DNA from: the human T2T-CHM13v2.0 reference genome, Homo sapiens
NCBI RefSeq assembly: GCF_009914755.1
Contig: NC_060933.1
DNA: 64,000 nt
Direction: 5' to 3' (one strand)
Translations under genes and position numbers: made by a program
Shown: positions 60,879-64,000 of the stretch, in pieces
How the letters are laid out: each line of letters opens with the position of its first letter
Numbering within the stretch: position 1 is the stretch's first letter
Notes under the pieces: generated by a model
The model's database searches: none
Told to the model about the DNA's origin: nothing
What the model saw: only the letters and a program-made list of their open reading frames with translations

Positions 60879-61889
60879 TATTTTCTCCTGTTATGAGGGT
60901 TGCCTTTTCACTCTCCTGATGGTGTGCTTTAAAGCACAGAAGTTTTAAATTGTTATGAAGTCCATTTTATTTAGTTTTTCTTTTGTTGCTCAAGTTTTTG
61001 GTGTTCTGAGAATCCTTTGCTAAATCAAGGTTGTAAAGATTTACCCCTATCTTTTCATCTAAGAGTTTTATAGTTTTAGCTCTAACATTGTCTGATCCAT
61101 TTTGAGTTAATTTTTAAATATGATGTGAAGTAAGGGCTCAACTTCATTCTTTCGCATGTAGCTATCCAGTTGTCTCAGTACCACAGAGAAAAAAACTGTT
61201 GAAAAGACTGTCCTTTCCTCATTGAATGGTCTTGGTACTATTGTTGAAAATCAGTTGACCATAAATGTAAAGCTTTATTTATGTACTGTCAGTTCTATTC
61301 CATTGATCTATATGTCTGTTCTTTTGCCAGTGCCAGTGCGTCTTGATTACAGTTGCTTTGTTAGTAAGTCTTGAAACCGGGAAGTAAGAGTTCTACTTGG
61401 TTTTTCTGTTTAGTTTTGGCTATTCTAGCCCCTTGCAATTGCAGATGAATTTTAGAATCAATTTGTCAATTTCCATCAGCTGAGATTCTGATGAGATTGC
61501 ATCGAATCTATAGATGTAGTGAATATTGCCATCTTAAAAATGTGAAGTCTTCTGATCCAATGAATGTGGTATTTTTTCTTATTATTTAGATCTTCTTTAA
61601 TTTCTTTTAGCAATGTTATGTAGTTTTTGGAGTGTAAATTTTATACTTATTTTCTTAAATGTGTTTGTAAATATTTTATTCTTTTTGATGTTATTGTAAA
61701 TTAAATTTAATTATTCGTTTTCTTATAGTTTATTGCAATCCACCCATTGTTAATTGTCTATCATCTCTCAAACATGCTCTGTTGTTTGAGCATGTTTGAG
61801 CATACCTCTAGGCCCTCATAAATTCTGTTCCTTCTGCCTAGAAAGTCTTCCTGCTGCAAGTCTCATTGTTGAATTTTTTATTGTTGAAT

Positions 61890-62612
61890 TCTCACACACT
61901 TTTGATGAGAATGTAAATTGGTATATCCACTATGGAAAATAGTGTGGAGATTCCTCAAAAAATTAAAAATAGAACTACCAAGTGATCCAGCCATCCCACT
62001 TGTGGGTATATATCCAAAGAGGATGAAATCAGTATCTCCAAGAAGTATCTGCACTCCCATGTTCATTGTAGCATTACTCACAATAGCCAAAATATAGAAA
62101 CACCCTAAGTGTCCATTGATGGACGAGTGGATAAAGAAAATGTGACCACACACACACACACATACACACACACACACACACACCAGAATATTATTCAGCC
62201 TTAAAAAAAGAAGAAAATCCTGTCAATTTTGACAACATGGATGAACCTGGAAGACATTATGCTAAGTGAAATAAACCAGGCACAGAACGACAAATCCTGC
62301 ATAACCTCACTTGTATCTGGAATCTTAAAAGGTTGAGCTCAAAGGAACAGAGAGTAGAATGGTGGTGGTTACCAGGGACTGGAAGGTGGGGGAAATGGGG
62401 AGATGTTGGTCAAAGGGTGAAAAGTTTTTACAGGATGGATAAGTTATGGAGATCTAATGTAAAGAATGGTGACTATAGTTATAGATATGTTAATTAGCTC
62501 CATTGTGGTAATCATCTCACAATGTATACCTATATCAAAACGTTATGTTGTACACCTTAAATACATACAATTGTTTTTGACAATTATACCCCAATAAAGC
62601 TGGAGGAAAAAA
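61890..62612 (+). mobile_element. L1MA-type 3' end containing (CA)n at ~62147-62183
   Basis: ccactatggaaaatagtgtggagattcctcaaaaaattaaaaatagaactacc...caattataccccaataaagctgg. Confidence 0.88.
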
Positions 62613-62749
62613 GGCTCAGTTTTTCCTCTATAAAGCATTTTATGGCTGTTTTTGCAACCTTTCCTAAAAACAAGGAGACAAACAAACAAATAAATAAAAA
62701 ACAGAGGAATTGAGAGTTTATAACAGTTTCCTTTATCAAATTTCACATT

Positions 62750-63030
62750 AAGGTAGCCTAACTCAGTGATTAAGAGCCTGGATGTTTTAATTGGACAATT
62801 CTGGGTCTAAATCCCAGTTCTACCATCACCTTTGACATGACTTTTGATTTTGAGCAAGTTAGTTGACTTCTCTCAATTTCAATTTTATTATCATACAGTG
62901 AGGGCAAGGTGTGTAACTTTTTGCATCAAATTTCTTATTTCATAGGCTTTTTGAGAGGATTATATTTGTTAATATGGGTATAGCACTTAGAAGAGTTTTT
63001 GACCCATAGTAATGCTTTATTATTTTTATC
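62750..63030. mobile_element. MIR
   Basis: ctgggtctaaatcccagttctacca...tgagcaagttagttgacttctctc...tagcacttagaagag. Confidence 0.65.
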
Positions 63031-64000
63031 TGTCCAGTTTTAAAATCCATGCTATTTTCACCAATCCATACCACTCACATAAGCTGGGCTTGATAAATAT
63101 TTGTTACTGGGAAAACTATGGTGATGGTGGTGGTGACAGTTAGAGGGGCAGCTGTTTTAGTTGGAACTCAGTCCTGAAGGGAAACATCAAATGCCTTTCT
63201 TTTCTAATGAAAGTATCAGGATAAGATCCAATTACTTGATCATAAGCCAAATGTCAAGCTTTTCCATCCATCCTCTGAGAGCTGCCTTATTGGAAATGAC
63301 TGCCCTTTTATTAAATACACTTTTATGCTACAATTTCTTGATTTAAAAAAATTGTCAGCTGTACTGAGAATTCAAATGGCTATTACAAGTCAGTAAAATC
63401 TGCAGACCATAAATGCTTTCAGGTCTAGTTCTGAGTATTATTCACTTTCTATGAATACTTTAGCACCTAGTAGTACCATGGACACAATGTGATTAAAATG
63501 TGTGATGATGATTTAAGTAAAGAGCTCTAAATATAAAATTCTTAGAATATTCTCAAGAGCATATGATTAGAGAGTACATAGGGACTTGGAAAATATACCT
63601 TTTCATAAAGGATATCAAATTTCTTTCATGGTTTTAAAAATCATTTCATTTTTCAATAAACCTAAGACCTCAGAAGATGTTCTATGTCCCTGTTCAAATG
63701 AGCAAGTTGCTGCAAAAATTATAACTGATTATGCTCATTTATAAAATGTACTTGATTTACACTGACCATGCATGATTTATACCAAGAGCTATCGAAAATG
63801 ACTTTGCCTCTTCTTTGGACAGAAAACCCTAAGAATGTGCCAAAATGGATCTTATTATTATGTGCTACAAATGTTGTGGAAAACTTACTATAGAAATGAT
63901 CTAAAACAATGTTGACCTTGGAACCAAATTCAAAATATTTTCTCCCGTGTGTTCATAAATCCAATAAATAAATTTAGGTAAACATTTGTCCACTATTTTT

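Larger units (their letters stand above)
59010..61740 (-). mobile_element. L1MB-type element interrupted by an Alu and a Tigger-type transposon
   Basis: tttattgagatataatt...caattcacccattt 3' end; ORF 59844-60083 is an ORF2 remnant (…MQIKTTMRYYFTPTRM…). Confidence 0.85.

Overview
Human (primate) genomic DNA, recognisable as the SPATA31D (FAM75D) locus on 9q21. It contains one intact protein-coding gene, SPATA31D1, with 4 coding exons (22453-22638, 23412-23457, 24051-24120, 24407-28835). The spliced CDS is 4731 nt (1576 aa), with an N-terminal transmembrane helix, a basic NLS-like patch and a giant last exon. About 23 kb upstream, on the same strand, lies a duplicated (intron-retaining) SPATA31D pseudogene, probably SPATA31D2P, whose exons 2-4 are in the window. 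Between the two, at about 10.1-11.5 kb, is an orphan CpG-rich, promoter-like island with YY1, MYB, ETS and CCAAT motifs, oriented to transcribe antisense through the pseudogene. This is the most interesting candidate system: a possible testis antisense lncRNA or piRNA-precursor promoter (inference). From about 29 kb onward the window is a gene-poor mosaic of Alu, L1, L2, MIR, LTR and DNA-transposon repeats, including a clear L1-mediated 3' transduction at 42.5-43.2 kb. No tRNA, rRNA or CRISPR array was seen. Repeat subfamily names and the boundaries of old repeats are by eye and approximate.
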